A stretch of 63,979 nt of DNA, counting the filler, from Rhabdomonas costata (Eukaryota): assembly GCA_019059605.1 (NCBI GenBank). It is 53 parts of 53 records of this genome, joined end to end, with 100 filler letters (N's around TTAATTAATTAA, not from the genome) between each part and the next. Parts side by side here need not be neighbours in the genome. Positions count along the whole stretch, not along the records: positions 21,768 to 22,876 come from JAHMHO010028129.1; positions 22,977 to 24,086 come from JAHMHO010028130.1; positions 24,187 to 25,295 come from JAHMHO010028131.1; positions 25,396 to 26,504 come from JAHMHO010028132.1; positions 26,605 to 27,713 come from JAHMHO010028133.1; positions 27,814 to 28,922 come from JAHMHO010028134.1; positions 29,023 to 30,131 come from JAHMHO010028135.1; positions 30,232 to 31,340 come from JAHMHO010028136.1; 45 more parts are not named here. One strand, 5' to 3'. Positions 22,529 to 35,192 of the stretch are shown here, in pieces. The first letter of the stretch is position 1; the number at the start of each line of letters is the position of its first letter. Position numbers and translations under genes: made by a program. A model generated the notes under the pieces. The model saw nothing but the letters and a program-made list of their open reading frames with translations, was not told the DNA's origin and ran no database searches.

Positions 22529-22876
22529 CTATTTAACAAATGACATTTTCTTAATAAAATTTCCTCCCATGGTTAGAGAGAATAAATATATGTTCCGCTT
22601 GAAAGATTACGTGCATTAAATGTAAGTGTATAATTACCGGCTCCCTGATACTCATCTACAAGGAGAGCTACCTTTTTTCCTAACACATCATATACCGTTA
22701 ATTTTACATATTGCGGGGTTGGAATTGAGTATTCAATTCTGGTAACGGGATTAAAAGGATCGGGATAGTTTTGCTTAAGCTGGTATCCGTCCGGCAGTCC
22801 GGATTCATATTTTACATTAGTTGAAGAACTTTTAATAACAGGCAATTTCTGAAAATCTTTGCCGAGTATTTCTTTT
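22529..22876 (-). CDS. T9SS/Por secretion type A C-terminal sorting domain protein (5'-partial; apparent frameshift near 22575)
   Basis: LKQNYPDPFNPVTRIEYSIP...VKLTVYDVLGKKV..LV...Q.AG.Y...FNA.NLSSG.Y.Y.L is typical of Ignavibacteria/FCB CTDs. The expected tail (..NFIKKMSFVK*) lies in another frame. Confidence 0.85.
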
Positions 22877-25800
22877 NNNNNNNNNNNNNNNNNNNNNNNN
22901 NNNNNNNNNNNNNNNNNNNNTTAATTAATTAANNNNNNNNNNNNNNNNNNNNNNNNNNNNNNNNNNNNNNNNNNNNTTTTGGGTTGCACGCAGCTGCCCT
23001 CTCTGACGCGAACCTTTTGGCGAGTTGCCCACATGATCGCTCCCTTCAGGCAAACAATTTGCCCTGCCTTTTCACATCGCGACTGTTGTTGGGTGCGTTC
23101 AGGTCGCGCTTGCTTGCCGAACGCTTCCGCTTTTTGTGGTATCGTTGTTTATACACTGTTTCGGGAGTGGATAGAGACCGCCTTCGACGGGTACCCCTTC
23201 CTTCTCAAAGGCCACACTTCCCTTTTGGAGTTGCACATAGACGTGTTTATTTATCCCATTTGTTGTTTGTCCTTCTGCTGTCCCTTGCTACGTTCCTGAC
23301 TGGAATTCAAGGCGCCTCTGAGTCTTGGGAGTGGGTCGGCATGGTAAAAGGTGGCATGGCAGAAATATAACCACGTTTCGCCAGGTGAACCATTACCTAC
23401 TTATGCGCGTGCCACATCACAGGGTGTGTCCGCACAAACGGATCCCTTGGGAGCTAACAAACAGAAGCAGCTGTACAGTGGGTGGTGCAGGCAGTGCAAG
23501 GTATTCCAATTCGTGTGCGGGGGGTATTGGGTGCTAAGGCAGGCGGATGCTTACCTCCGTTGCACCCTGCATGCTGACTCGGAGCTGAAGCGGTGGCAGT
23601 GTTTGCAGTGTTTTGATATCTGCCAACAAGGCACTTCGCTGTGAGCTGACGTAGGGTCTCACCCACCGCGGCGCGCACCCGATGGCTTCTTATCCAGGGG
23701 AATTACTGAAAATAACAGGTTGTGTTTTCCCTTGTGTTTTTCTGGCAGTAGGCTTTTTCATTCCTTGGATTTTCTTCCGCACAAACCATGCCCCGGAACA
23801 GTTGGCTTTCCAAGAAGGGCCGCGGACGAGGAGGTGCAAGACGTGCGGGCCAACTGCCTCTGCCCCGCTCGTTGATCGACGCTCACAATTCCACTCAGTC
23901 TTCCACTTCCAATGCAAAGGGGACAGTTTCAGTATTGTGAAAATGGCAGAGGCCCTTCATTCGCGTAACGTCGGCAGTTCTCTGGAGTGTTACTTCCTCA
24001 CCCCGGTTAATTGGTCTCTCTCGGTCAAACTTTTTCATTTTAGATGAACATTGTTGACTTACCTTCCAACCCGATGATCGGCCATTNNNNNNNNNNNNNN
24101 NNNNNNNNNNNNNNNNNNNNNNNNNNNNNNTTAATTAATTAANNNNNNNNNNNNNNNNNNNNNNNNNNNNNNNNNNNNNNNNNNNNTTGGGGTCGTTTGC
24201 TTCGGGCGTGGAAAGTTGCGCCTGCGCACAGGCTGCGCGCAGCGGGCGGGGGGAAGATGGAAGAAGAGCTTTTGAGTGCCCCAGAACTTTTTCTTCACAC
24301 TGCGAAGTGAAGGTCACGTTTCTCTTGTTAGGATTGAGACAGGAGGCAAGGTTCAGAAGTGGTTAAAGGCTTTCCCTTCGCTTTCAGTATGCAGTACTGA
24401 GGTCTTGAGCCCGAGCTGCACTGCCGCTGCGGTCGTCTGGACCATCATTGCTCCTCCAAAGTCAAAAATTAGCAGTCTCACGCATCTGCCCAACCCTGCA
24501 ACCGCCTCCCTCACCTGGCATATTGCCCCGTTTAACCCTAAGAATGCCCTATCATGCTACCCATGTGGCCAGCACCCGCAAACACACCCGCGCAGTGCCA
24601 GGCCACAATAAGTCATGGCACGTGTGCAAGCAGGGGACTACAGCATGGGGGACTACAGCAAAGCCACACCCTCACAAGGGCATCATCGTCTTTCTCTTTA
24701 ACCTTTTGCAATAATGGGAAGAGTTCTGTTCTGAAAACTGGTTGCGCAAAGACCTGGGTTCATTTGATCACAAAGGTGACGGTGCCGAACGAGCTGGCAT
24801 TCTCAAACGCTCAGGTAACAGCTACTCGGAAAATGCGCTCGTCGCATCTTTTATTTCTGATGGCGGGGATTCTTTGAAAAAAACTCAGATGGCGTGTGCA
24901 ACTGCCTTTGACGGGCGATCAACTTTTCGCGCTCGCCTAGCCTGCTTATCTGGGTCATTCACATCAGGCCGTCGGCGACTACCTCAAATATACTCCACAA
25001 AAAAACACCGTCGCGGCACATACGGAAGCAGGGTCGGCCTTTTTCTGGGCCAGCTGTCTCTGCAACATCTGGATCTGGGCGTCCACCTCGGCCAGCTTTT
25101 GCCGGGAGGTCGCCGAGGCGGAAGCCCATAGCTCAGGGTCCACAGGCACAGAGGGCACCCCACCGCCACGCCCACCCGCAGAGGCAGAACCCCTACACAA
25201 AACCCGAGAGCACACGAATACTGGCAAAACAAGAACGGGGGCTCACGGCGATTGAGGCACCGAATCAGAAAAAGCGAAGAAAAAAAACAAAAAAANNNNN
25301 NNNNNNNNNNNNNNNNNNNNNNNNNNNNNNNNNNNNNNNTTAATTAATTAANNNNNNNNNNNNNNNNNNNNNNNNNNNNNNNNNNNNNNNNNNNNGTGTT
25401 GGGTGTGGTTGGTGTGGGGGGGGGTCGTATAATGCAGCCCTAACGGCAGACAGTTTCATCACGGCGAGGTCGACGGCACAGGCCCATGCATCACAAGCCC
25501 AGGTCATTCGGGTCTGGCCTATCTTGTACGCGTGCATCCTTTGGGGATCAGCCTCAGCTGTCGCCCCCGCTTCACCTGGGGACTCCAGCGCGGAATTGCC
25601 CGACCTTATGCGGAAAGGTATGCACTTTCGAGAATCTTGGAACACGACCATTTTGGAAGGCACTTGCGCAGTAGCGCTGGACGTACGAATAAAATGGAAG
25701 AGTGAGTGAATGAGTGTGGGTATTTTTGTTCCTTGTTGTTGTATGAGCCCAGACCATATGCTTTTCGCTTGCCATGCGTTCAATTATTGATCCTGTTGTA

Positions 25801-26729
25801 TTTTTGTTCTTTGTTCTGAGGTATTAAATCGTGTTGGACATCTTGTGGCGGCACAAAGTCCTCTGTTAAACTGAAGCGAAACGAAACGAAGGAAAGGGTG
25901 GTAGGGCAGAGTCTCACGTACCTCACCTCACATTCTCAGGGCTGCCTGAGGAGTACGCCTCTTTCGCACAGGCGAGCCAGGGGGTACGCAAGGCCTTGTC
26001 TGGCCTTTCGTCCACGGCGGACCTGCGGAGGCAAGCCGAAGCCATGCGGTGCGGCGATTCCTCTGTATCGAGAAAACTTACTCCCCGAATTTCAGTGTGA
26101 GGGCACGCCACTTATGACCTTCAGCATTGAGACGGCGCTGTGGTGATGCTTTAGAGACTGAAAAAGGCGCTTGCACCACGTAAACGGTAAAGGACGGAAG
26201 GGGCACCAAGGAAAAGCTAGAGAGAGGGGGGGGAATGATGGTAATGATGGTGTATGTGGGGGGGCGCAAGGTACTGTTGGGAGGAAAGGTGTGTGCGCAT
26301 ACTTGTGCCTGATACCTGTCGGTTAAGATGACGGCCAATTTTCTCGGTTGATGCGTTGCAGGCTACGCCGTGGGTATCAAATCTTCACTTTCCGTCTTTC
26401 CGTTGCGTCTTCTCTGACCACTCAGGGACTACTCTGAGCGAACCTTCACCCTGTTCAGCACCCCCAAGGCTATGCTGGACCCTCACATTGCGCTCATCCA
26501 GAGCNNNNNNNNNNNNNNNNNNNNNNNNNNNNNNNNNNNNNNNNNNNNTTAATTAATTAANNNNNNNNNNNNNNNNNNNNNNNNNNNNNNNNNNNNNNNN
26601 NNNNTTGTGGGGGGAGGGGTCATGCCAAAGTTACATAGGTGAGAAAGGGTGGTGGAAGTCTCAAGGAAAAGCAAAAAAAAAGTCCCATCCATTAACGAGT
26701 GAGCTAATCCCAGAAAACCCAAGGTCTTG

Positions 26730-27045
26730 AAGGACCATCCCTTTCTCAGAAGTTCGTTCTCTCACCAGAAGCTGCTGATGCTGTCGGTACTCTGCAGCGT
26801 GTACTTGACAAAGGTATTTGACTTGAAAAAAAAAGAGCAGACTGCTCATGCTCCCAGTGGCTTCGGCGAAATTACTCCCGTACACCCCACCGTCCAAAAT
26901 AATTTTTAAAAAACCGCTCCACCACCCATACTGCCGTTCATCATTTTTGAGGGAGGAGAGGGCGTTCGACCTGAGCTTCTCCTTCTGCGAGGCTTCGGCG
27001 GTGGACAACTGATGCTTGGTCTGCTGAAGAATCTGGGCCTGGCTC
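26730..27045 (-). CDS. Probable exons of an unknown helical/coiled-coil protein
   Basis: GC3-rich segments SQAQILQQTKHQLSTAEASQKEKLRSNAL and VKYLCQVHAAEYRQHQQLL, with cag acceptors. Confidence 0.35.
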
Positions 27046-28168
27046 CTGCACGGAAGGGGATACCCAGTGCATGCGAACGTCAACATCGACGATGAGAGGA
27101 AACTTGTACACTGTCCTGGTCACCCAAACCAAAGAAAGGAAGCCATTATTGCACAGGTGAATGCGCAGAAATTTCGGATCACGGATGAGGGGGTGCCGGA
27201 TTCATTTCAGATCAACTACCCCACACAGGTGCGAAAGAAAAATGTGCAACCACTTCTTCGGCTTCGCCCTATCTTGAGCTCATCAGTGCAACCATATGAA
27301 AAATATTTTGTTCTCACGTCCATGGTCGACGCGACGCCAGGCTAATGATACCTTACGCGGAATGCGGCGATGCTCCATCCCATCGAAAACTGAAAAAATT
27401 AATGGTATGTCAATCCGAAATTCATCATCACCATAGTGAGGTTCCTCCTTGCACGAGGTTGTGACACATGTATTCCCTGGGATGCTGACAGAAGTTTTTG
27501 CAGGGGATAAGGTGGGGATAAATATATCATCACCGGGAATTCAAATAGAAGCAGTCTTTCTGAATGCTCGGTACCATCTTAGTCGATGCGCGGCCGCAAT
27601 TCACTTTGTGCGGCAGGTGCGGGGACCGATCCGTTATAGGGTCCCCCCCCACGTCCCCCATTTGCTTCCGATCCAAAGTCCTGAAGGTAGCATTTCCATC
27701 GTCACCACAACAANNNNNNNNNNNNNNNNNNNNNNNNNNNNNNNNNNNNNNNNNNNNTTAATTAATTAANNNNNNNNNNNNNNNNNNNNNNNNNNNNNNN
27801 NNNNNNNNNNNNNGTGTTGGTGTGTTTGGGGGTTGTTGTACATTTGTGTATTTTGTAAACGATTGGTTAAAGGTATTGTCCATGTCACCTCAAAAGTGAG
27901 AGGTGTAAAGAGTGTAAGCAAAATGTTTCCTGGGCTTAGTGGTGTTTGGGACAGCAAGAAAGCACAGTTGTTTAGCATGCATTGGAAACTGCTAAATTCA
28001 GTTGATTTTTTTTACAAGCAATGCGGATGTTTTCAAGATGTGCTGTGATAGCTCGCTTCTCACTTTTGAGATGGCTCAGTCATACACTTAATACTGGGCG
28101 AATTTTGTTGGTGTTATCAAGGCCTGTCTTCGATGCTATCTTGTGCGATTGAGCTTGCTTTCCTTCAG

Positions 28169-28922
28169 TGCTGCTGGTGAGCCTGCTCTGGGCGCAGTGC
28201 CTTCCCTTCGCGGAAAAGGACCTCGCGCTGCCCGGCGCCACGCCGGACATCCCCCTGGCCACCACCAGTGCGGGAATCGCTGTGCTTCCCCAGCTGTTTT
28301 ACGGCACGCACTTCCTGGGCTCCTACACCCAGGTCAGCTTGCAGCAGACAGGGGAAACAGAGGCAGGCACAAGGGAATGCCAGGGTCTTGGTTTGCAGCT
28401 CTTACGGGGAAAGGTAGGAAATAAGGCAGACTTCTCGTTGCAAAAGGGGACCACGACGTAACTCAAACGTCAAAGCTGTCTTCCAAGCATAAATGCCCAC
28501 ACACCGCAGTGCTGGCCCCTAAACATCTTCAGGGCCAATACAGAACTTTGATATCGAATCAAGAAAAGGCGAATTCCCAGAAATTTAAACCCCATGAGGG
28601 GAGGGGGGGCCGAATGCTTTTGCTGAATTTTTTTCGGGTTTTTTTTTTCGGCTGGCAGCTCCGGAAGCGCTGACCACGTGGAATTCTATGCACACACTCT
28701 CTTCCAACAGGTCAAGGAGCTGGCCGATGCCGACGAGCTCTTCCCTCAGCTGGAGGAGCTCGGGTTCAACCTGACCCAAGCCATGGGCAGCCTTCCGCGC
28801 ATCCCCCCGCCCTCTCGGGACGCCCCGATGGACGCCACCCTGGGCGCCACGGTGACCTCCCTGGCGGACTTCCAGGGGGATCTCGCGGACACTCACGGCT
28901 CCATGCGGCGCCTGCAGAAAAA
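28169..28922 (+). CDS. Glutaredoxin-like (GRX/SH3BGR-type) domain protein (exons 28169-28332 and 28711-28922)
   Basis: LLWAQCLPFAEKDL...VLPQLFYGTHFLGSYTQ|VKELADADELFPQLEELG matches the GRX pattern xPQxFxxxxxxGGY..L..L...GEL...L. Confidence 0.65.
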
Positions 28923-29092
28923 NNNNNNNNNNNNNNNNNNNNNNNNNNNNNNNNNNNNNNNNNNNNTTAATTAATTAANNNNNNNNNNNNNNNNNNNNNN
29001 NNNNNNNNNNNNNNNNNNNNNNTTTGTTTGTTGCCTCAGCTTTTCTCCCGCCAGTGTTTCCGCTTGAGTCTCTTTACTTGTTCGTTTGGCAG

Positions 29093-30121
29093 GTTCGCGT
29101 GCGCCTGTCCAAGTGGCGTGCCGGTACCCCCACGGCTGAGCCCCGCCCGAGCAACTTCGTGGGGTTGTTCAACCTTCCATACCAGATCACGGAGACCGGG
29201 CTGCAGCTTGTCCTTCAGAAATTCCCAGGCTTCCTCAACGTCCGCCTGGTTTCAACCTTCTCACCCATGAACACCTCCATGTCATATTCACGGGCTGGCA
29301 TACAGAGATGCGTGCCTCATCGGTTCCCGTATCCCATCTCAATTCGCCCCCTTTCCTTCCGGCTGCGCGGGAAAGTGTAAAGGGCCTATTTAGTGTGTGG
29401 TCCAATAGAAGAAATTGTTGCCACTGGCAACCCCCCCCTCCCCCCCATCGTCAAATGCACCGTTTTGCATGAGAATATTGTCCAGACTCCAGGTAGGGGT
29501 CGTATGGAGGGGAGATTTGCGTGTTGAAGCCACTGTTGTTCGCAGTAGAAGACACTGCCAAAGTTGAGGTCCATGCCACATGGCATGGCCCGTGCCACGT
29601 CAAAAGTTTGAAGCAAAAAATTAACCTTATGGTCTCCTGCACACTTGGAAACATCGAGATATAGTGCAAAAGGTGATCTGAACTTACTAGCTTCAAATCC
29701 ACAAAACCAATTACGCTGACATCGTTTGGGAGACACTCTTGAAGTCCAAATGGTCGCTTATTGGTACCGTTTTTCCAACTCTTAATTTTTAAATTGCACG
29801 GGCAGTATTTGTTGAAACCAAGTCTCTCTGTGGAGTCTGTAGATGAACACGGTTCGGGTGGATTCACTTGGAAGAGCAGTGCAGCTTTGGGAACGAGGGC
29901 GGGGGATCGCACAGGTGAACCGGAAGGACGGCGCCTTCGCGGGTTACGCCTTTGCTCAGTTCCGTAGCATCGAGGAGGCCACCGTGTGCCGGGTCGCTCT
30001 GACAGGGCTCACTCTGGAGGGCCAGACCGTCGACGTGAAGTTCGCAACTCAGCCCCATGGCGGCCACCACCACCACCACCATCACCACCGGGGGCGGGCG
30101 GCCGGGTCAACCACCCCGTAA
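29093..30121 (+). CDS. RRM RNA-binding protein, last exons (29093-29248 and 29915-30121)
   Basis: RNP2-like VGLFNLP and RNP1 AGYAFAQF, ending ...VDVKFA and then a His-rich tail. Phase-0 GT-AG intron. Confidence 0.85.
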
Positions 30122-31137
30122 ACACCCAACANNNNNNNNNNNNNNNNNNNNNNNNNNNNNNNNNNNNNNNNNNNNTTAATTAATTAANNNNNNNNNNNNN
30201 NNNNNNNNNNNNNNNNNNNNNNNNNNNNNNNTTTTGCGTGGTTGGGTTGGGTCAGAGGGCTTGCCAGCCAGTTTCAGGTTGGGTTGAAAATCCTTTCTGT
30301 CCATTTCCAAGAAATCATGCAGTGGTGCAAAAAGAGAATTTTCAACTTCAGCTTCAGAATTTGGTTTCCTGGGCAAGCAAGGTTTCCTAGCAAGTTGCTC
30401 GCTTTTCTTCAACAAGGATAACACCTCACAGTTCGTGAACCCATGACTGTGGTGGAGTAAAGGCTGGCAAATCCCCGTGTGCTTGTGCGTCCATGCGAGC
30501 AGAGTAAATGGCCGGAGTAAGTTTTCTGTGCGGCGTTGTGAAGGGTGAGCCTGGGGGGGATAGCTCTGGCAGTTGTGTATATTTTGTTGTTTCATTATCC
30601 CCAACCCCACCGCACCCCCCCCTGATTCACCTTCTCATCCGTATATATTCTTCTGCCTCATCCCCCCACGTGGACTCTTCCAAGCTGGGCTGCCATCCCA
30701 CTCTCTGGGACCCTGGGTGTGTACTGATGGCCAGTGAGTGTGCTTGCCGCATCCCATGAATCTTGGGCTTTGCTCCCAAGTCACCCAACAAACACAAATG
30801 GGTTGTTTCAAAGACGGTTTTTGTACCTGGTCACAACAATATGTTCAAATGGGGGTTAGTGTAATGTGAATATTGTGACGAGGCCAGAACCAAAGGAGCC
30901 TTTAGAGGCTCATTCTTAACTGCTGCGTTTCACAAACACCAGAAAGAGTGAACCAAAAGGTCTATAAGCGCTATGAAAGGATGCAAGGTTGGCGAGTTTG
31001 GTGGTATCCTCCGACCTTGCTATTCACGACAATTGCAGTGATGCGGGAAGTTTCGAGATGTCGCAACTGCAGAGAGACTGAAAGTGCCAACGGGTTATAT
31101 ACTGTGCACAACCTCAAAACAAGGCGGTCTTTTGCGG

Positions 31138-31330
31138 CATCAAAATCGAAAGATTGGTGCTCAGTAGTCCCGATGGATAACCAAACGAAAAATCGAAAGT
31201 CCGGTGCCCCAGGTAGATGCTCAAAATAGGTCGCAGAACAATGTTTTCCGGAAGTCCGGGGCACCGGACTTTCGATTTTTCGTTTGGTTATCCATCGGGA
31301 CTACTGAGCACCAATCTTTCGATTTTGATG
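31138..31330. repeat. Contig-terminal inverted repeat (73-bp arms 31138-31210 / 31258-31330)
   Basis: Perfect reverse-complement arms ending at the contig end. Confidence 0.85.
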
Positions 31331-32110
31331 GCCCAAAAAANNNNNNNNNNNNNNNNNNNNNNNNNNNNNNNNNNNNNNNNNNNNTTAATTAATTAANNNN
31401 NNNNNNNNNNNNNNNNNNNNNNNNNNNNNNNNNNNNNNNNCTGTGGTTCTGCTGCACCTCCTCTGTAAAAACAATGAAATGCAAAACTCAAAACAAATTC
31501 AAACAAAAAGTGACCTTTTAGGTTTTTGTGTTCGGCGTGTGACTTTTCTCCTCTGTCTTTGGATGTGCAACACCTTGGTGATCTGTACCGTTACACTCTC
31601 CACTGCTACGACGGAGGACGTCTGCAGCAGATGGACGACGGCCGATAACCCGAAATGTCCACCTGTAAGACTGTAAGAGCACCGTTTCCCCTGTAGATGT
31701 TGATTCCTCTATACACCCGTGTATATGGTATGTGTATGTACAACTCTTGTCTTCGTGAAACATGACATGAATCTGCACCAACTGTGGATGAGAATGACAC
31801 ACCAGCTGGAGCATCAGCACAACAGTCTGTGAAAAGGCTCCCAACACACCACAAACTTGATTGAACGCAACGCTATGAAAACAAAACATACACTCACACA
31901 CACACACAATCATGGCTCTGATCAGGGATTAAAACGACGAAAGTCATTTTGGTCCGGAGACTTCCAGATCATGTGGCAATCATCTACGCCACAGGAGCTT
32001 TGTGATCATACGCCAGAGGGATCGTAGCGCCAGGCCAGACGTTTGCCGACTGGAAAGATTGTTTTGAAACGCTCAAGAGGCGGCTGTGCGCTCAGACTTG
32101 GGACTATAAT

Positions 32111-32430
32111 GTGGTTTGGATGTTGGGGCAGCTGAAAATGTCAGAAGGAAACTTTCAGTTTTACCATCAGCAGTTTGCGACTGGGATGAATTTGCTGAAG
32201 GGAACGATGTTTGAGAGCGAGACCTTATTGCAGTACGTAAGAGGCTTGGAATGGGACATCCAGGCAAAGGTAACGGCGAAGAATCCTAGTAGCCTTAACG
32301 AGGCCATGGAAAAGGCCTGGGAGTATTTCCGCAAGCCGAGACCCCATCCGCAGGTAATCGTTGCTGTACCAGAGGGTGCAGTTCAAAGAAGCATAGCGAC
32401 TGTGACACGGCAATGGATTTAGACGCCATA
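32111..32430 (+). mobile_element. Degenerate Ty3/gypsy-type LTR-retrotransposon gag fragment
   Basis: L.QLKM..G.F..Y...F......LL...YVRGL...IQ..V....PSSLNEAM..A is followed by the gag-terminal MDLDAI motif in another frame. Upstream frames are broken. Confidence 0.65.
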
Positions 32431-34199
32431 CGAAACGGGTACACCACGTTTTCGGGGAGTACGGCATGCATGACGTCTGTAGAGCGGAGTGCAGCCGGTG
32501 CCACATCCACAGCTTCAAGAGGGGTGTCAGATGTGAGCAGGTTGCGGATNNNNNNNNNNNNNNNNNNNNNNNNNNNNNNNNNNNNNNNNNNNNTTAATTA
32601 ATTAANNNNNNNNNNNNNNNNNNNNNNNNNNNNNNNNNNNNNNNNNNNNGTGGTGGGTGTGGTTGGGTTGTGGGGTCGGTCTTCTCAGCGGTGTGCTGTT
32701 AGTGGTGTTATTTTTTTTCCGGTTTGTGAATGGTCACGGCTATCACCGTCAGACGTATCCGACTGCAGCGGCCTTCAGGGGCGAGTAGACCACCAAGCTC
32801 ATATGTTGCATGTTTTCTGTTGGGCCAAAAGCCAAGTTGTCAAAACTACAGGACCAAAAGGAGGGGGGCCGATACCAACACATATGATGGCAAGCCGGGC
32901 TTTTTTTTGAGCTCAGGAGGTTTTTGTATCACCCGTTTTTCTCCCCTACGCGCAGCCTCACGGCTGCGGACCTGGCTCTGTCTCGGCCGGCACCTGCTCA
33001 CTCGGGTGCGTCTCCCGTCCCCTCCTCTCCCCTCCCTTCGCTTTCGCTTCTCTCCGTTTGAATTCCCTGGCCTCTGCCCGACTGTAACTCGGGATTTGTA
33101 GGGCTCCCTTGGACGCCTGGAGGAATGTTTAAGGTCGAGAGTTTGTACAACAAAGGAGCAGCGTTCTGATTCCCTTCGGTCGCCGGAAGAATCCGCCATC
33201 GTGTCAGCCGTACATTACTGTTTGGCCTCCGAACTTCTGATGCCATTGATCTAAGTTTTCTTCCGCCACTCCTGTCGACTTTCTCGACGGCGACGACCTA
33301 TGGTACATGCTCCCAACACACTATTGGGATTGTGGGAAGAATTCACCAAAAAGCAAAAAAGGAAATAAAAATAATAACACAAACCTCTCTGAAAGGTGAT
33401 CCGCGCCAACAGATGATGGGGCAGCGGAACATACTTTTTTCACGGAGGGTGGGAAGGGCCATTGTTCGCAACGGACAAAGTGTTGCAGCTTTTTGTGATT
33501 GCGCAGGGAACAAGACAAAATGAAACTGGCAAGCAAATGGGGAACAGGGGAACGGGCGGGAGGATAGCTTCTCTAGCGTTATTCATGCAAGCACATGCAC
33601 ACGCACATGCACCCGACTTTTTATGACGCCTTGGATTTATCTATCTTCTCACTGCCCCAAGTCAACAACCCACACACACATGCATCTTAGCTCTGAAGCC
33701 TGCGGAGCTGGCGCGCAGTGGGCTCTCCGCGGTGGACCAGGTGCGGGAACCACCCCCCNNNNNNNNNNNNNNNNNNNNNNNNNNNNNNNNNNNNNNNNNN
33801 NNTTAATTAATTAANNNNNNNNNNNNNNNNNNNNNNNNNNNNNNNNNNNNNNNNNNNNGTGTTTGAAAAAAGCCTTAACCGAAGGCGCGCACACAGAGGG
33901 GGCTCGAACAGAAACGTGGGGTGCCGGCGCATTCGACCACAGGCCGGGACCCTTCGTCTGCCCCACGTGAAATCGCGCAAAAGAAGCTCTGTGTCCTTCC
34001 CCACCCCCGCTCAACACTTGGGCAAAAAAATCCTTATTGGGATCGTTGTGCATTAGATTTGGCACGTCCACCCCCTCATGCTCAAGAATGCCGGGTGCGC
34101 ATCAAACGTCCAATACCGCTGCTGGGGTTTCACCCTCAATGCCGCTACAGTGACCTGTGGGGCCATTTTTTCCCGGATGGTTGTATTTGTGCTCACCAG

Positions 34200-34835
34200 T
34201 CCCGCCTGCATCATGACGGAGAGGACCCCCCGTGGCAGCAGTACCTAAGCACACACCCAACATGGGCGGATCGCGCGGCGGAGCTGGAGATGCACCTCCC
34301 GGTACTGCTGCGGACCTATCAGGCATGTAGGACCAGGGGGGAGGTATGCAGGAAACCCTTCACGATCGGCTGGGAAAGGCTCTTGCAGGGCTTTGCTCGA
34401 CATGTCCGTTGTTTCCCCTCGAGCCTCGAGGAAAAGGAGAGGAGGAGAGGGTCGGTTAGATTGGGGCGTGACTTTTGATTGCCTTTTCTGGTTCCGCCTT
34501 TCCCGAGTTTTTTATCGGGACCCAGTCTGAATTATTTATGTTCTTTTGTTCTTTTTCCGTCCAATAAATTGCAATGCTCTTATTCATATCAGGACGCGGT
34601 TGCCCGGAGGCAGGCTGCTCGGGCTGCGCAGCCATGGAGGGCTTGGCTGTGGGGCTATTGGGTCAGGACGTGGGCAGACGTGTCAGGCTTTCCTCGGCAA
34701 AATTCCCAGCTCTGACACTTCTCCTGACAGTTCTGGTTGTGGATACCAAATATCACCCGTTGTACGTGCAGGAGTGCGGGAACAGAGAATGGCAGACAGA
34801 CCCTCTGGCAGGGACCCCACCCAGTTGCAACTGGT
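34200..34835 (+). CDS. Probable exons of an unknown protein
   Basis: Several GC3-rich cag-bounded segments (e.g. SRLHHDGEDPPWQQYLSTHPTWADRAAELEMHLPVLLRTYQ). No family recognised. Confidence 0.3.
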
Positions 34836-35067
34836 GGGGAGATGCGCGGCCTTTGGCTGTGCTTGAACCTTGTTTGTTTTTGGATTGCCAACTTTTTTTT
34901 TCCTTTTTCTTGTCGAATGATGTGTGGCCTTCATGCACCACAATTTGCCATGGGTCTTGTCGACCAANNNNNNNNNNNNNNNNNNNNNNNNNNNNNNNNN
35001 NNNNNNNNNNNTTAATTAATTAANNNNNNNNNNNNNNNNNNNNNNNNNNNNNNNNNNNNNNNNNNNN

Positions 35068-35192
35068 TTCGCGTAGTCGAGGAGGATGCCCGCCAGCTCA
35101 GTGTTGGAGAGCAACGCGTCCTCGATCCTCAAGGCCAGCGCCCAGTAGATGTCCAGCGTGCCGTGCTTGGCGCGGAAGCCATGTTGTCCTGG
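35068..35192 (-). mobile_element. Non-LTR (LINE) reverse transcriptase fragment, subdomain 2a-3 region
   Basis: QHGFRAKHGTLDIYWALALRIEDALLSNTELAGILLDYA(K) matches the RT motif QxGFR...T.D....L...IE.A......L....LD..KAFD. Abrupt shift to GC-rich codons. Confidence 0.8.
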
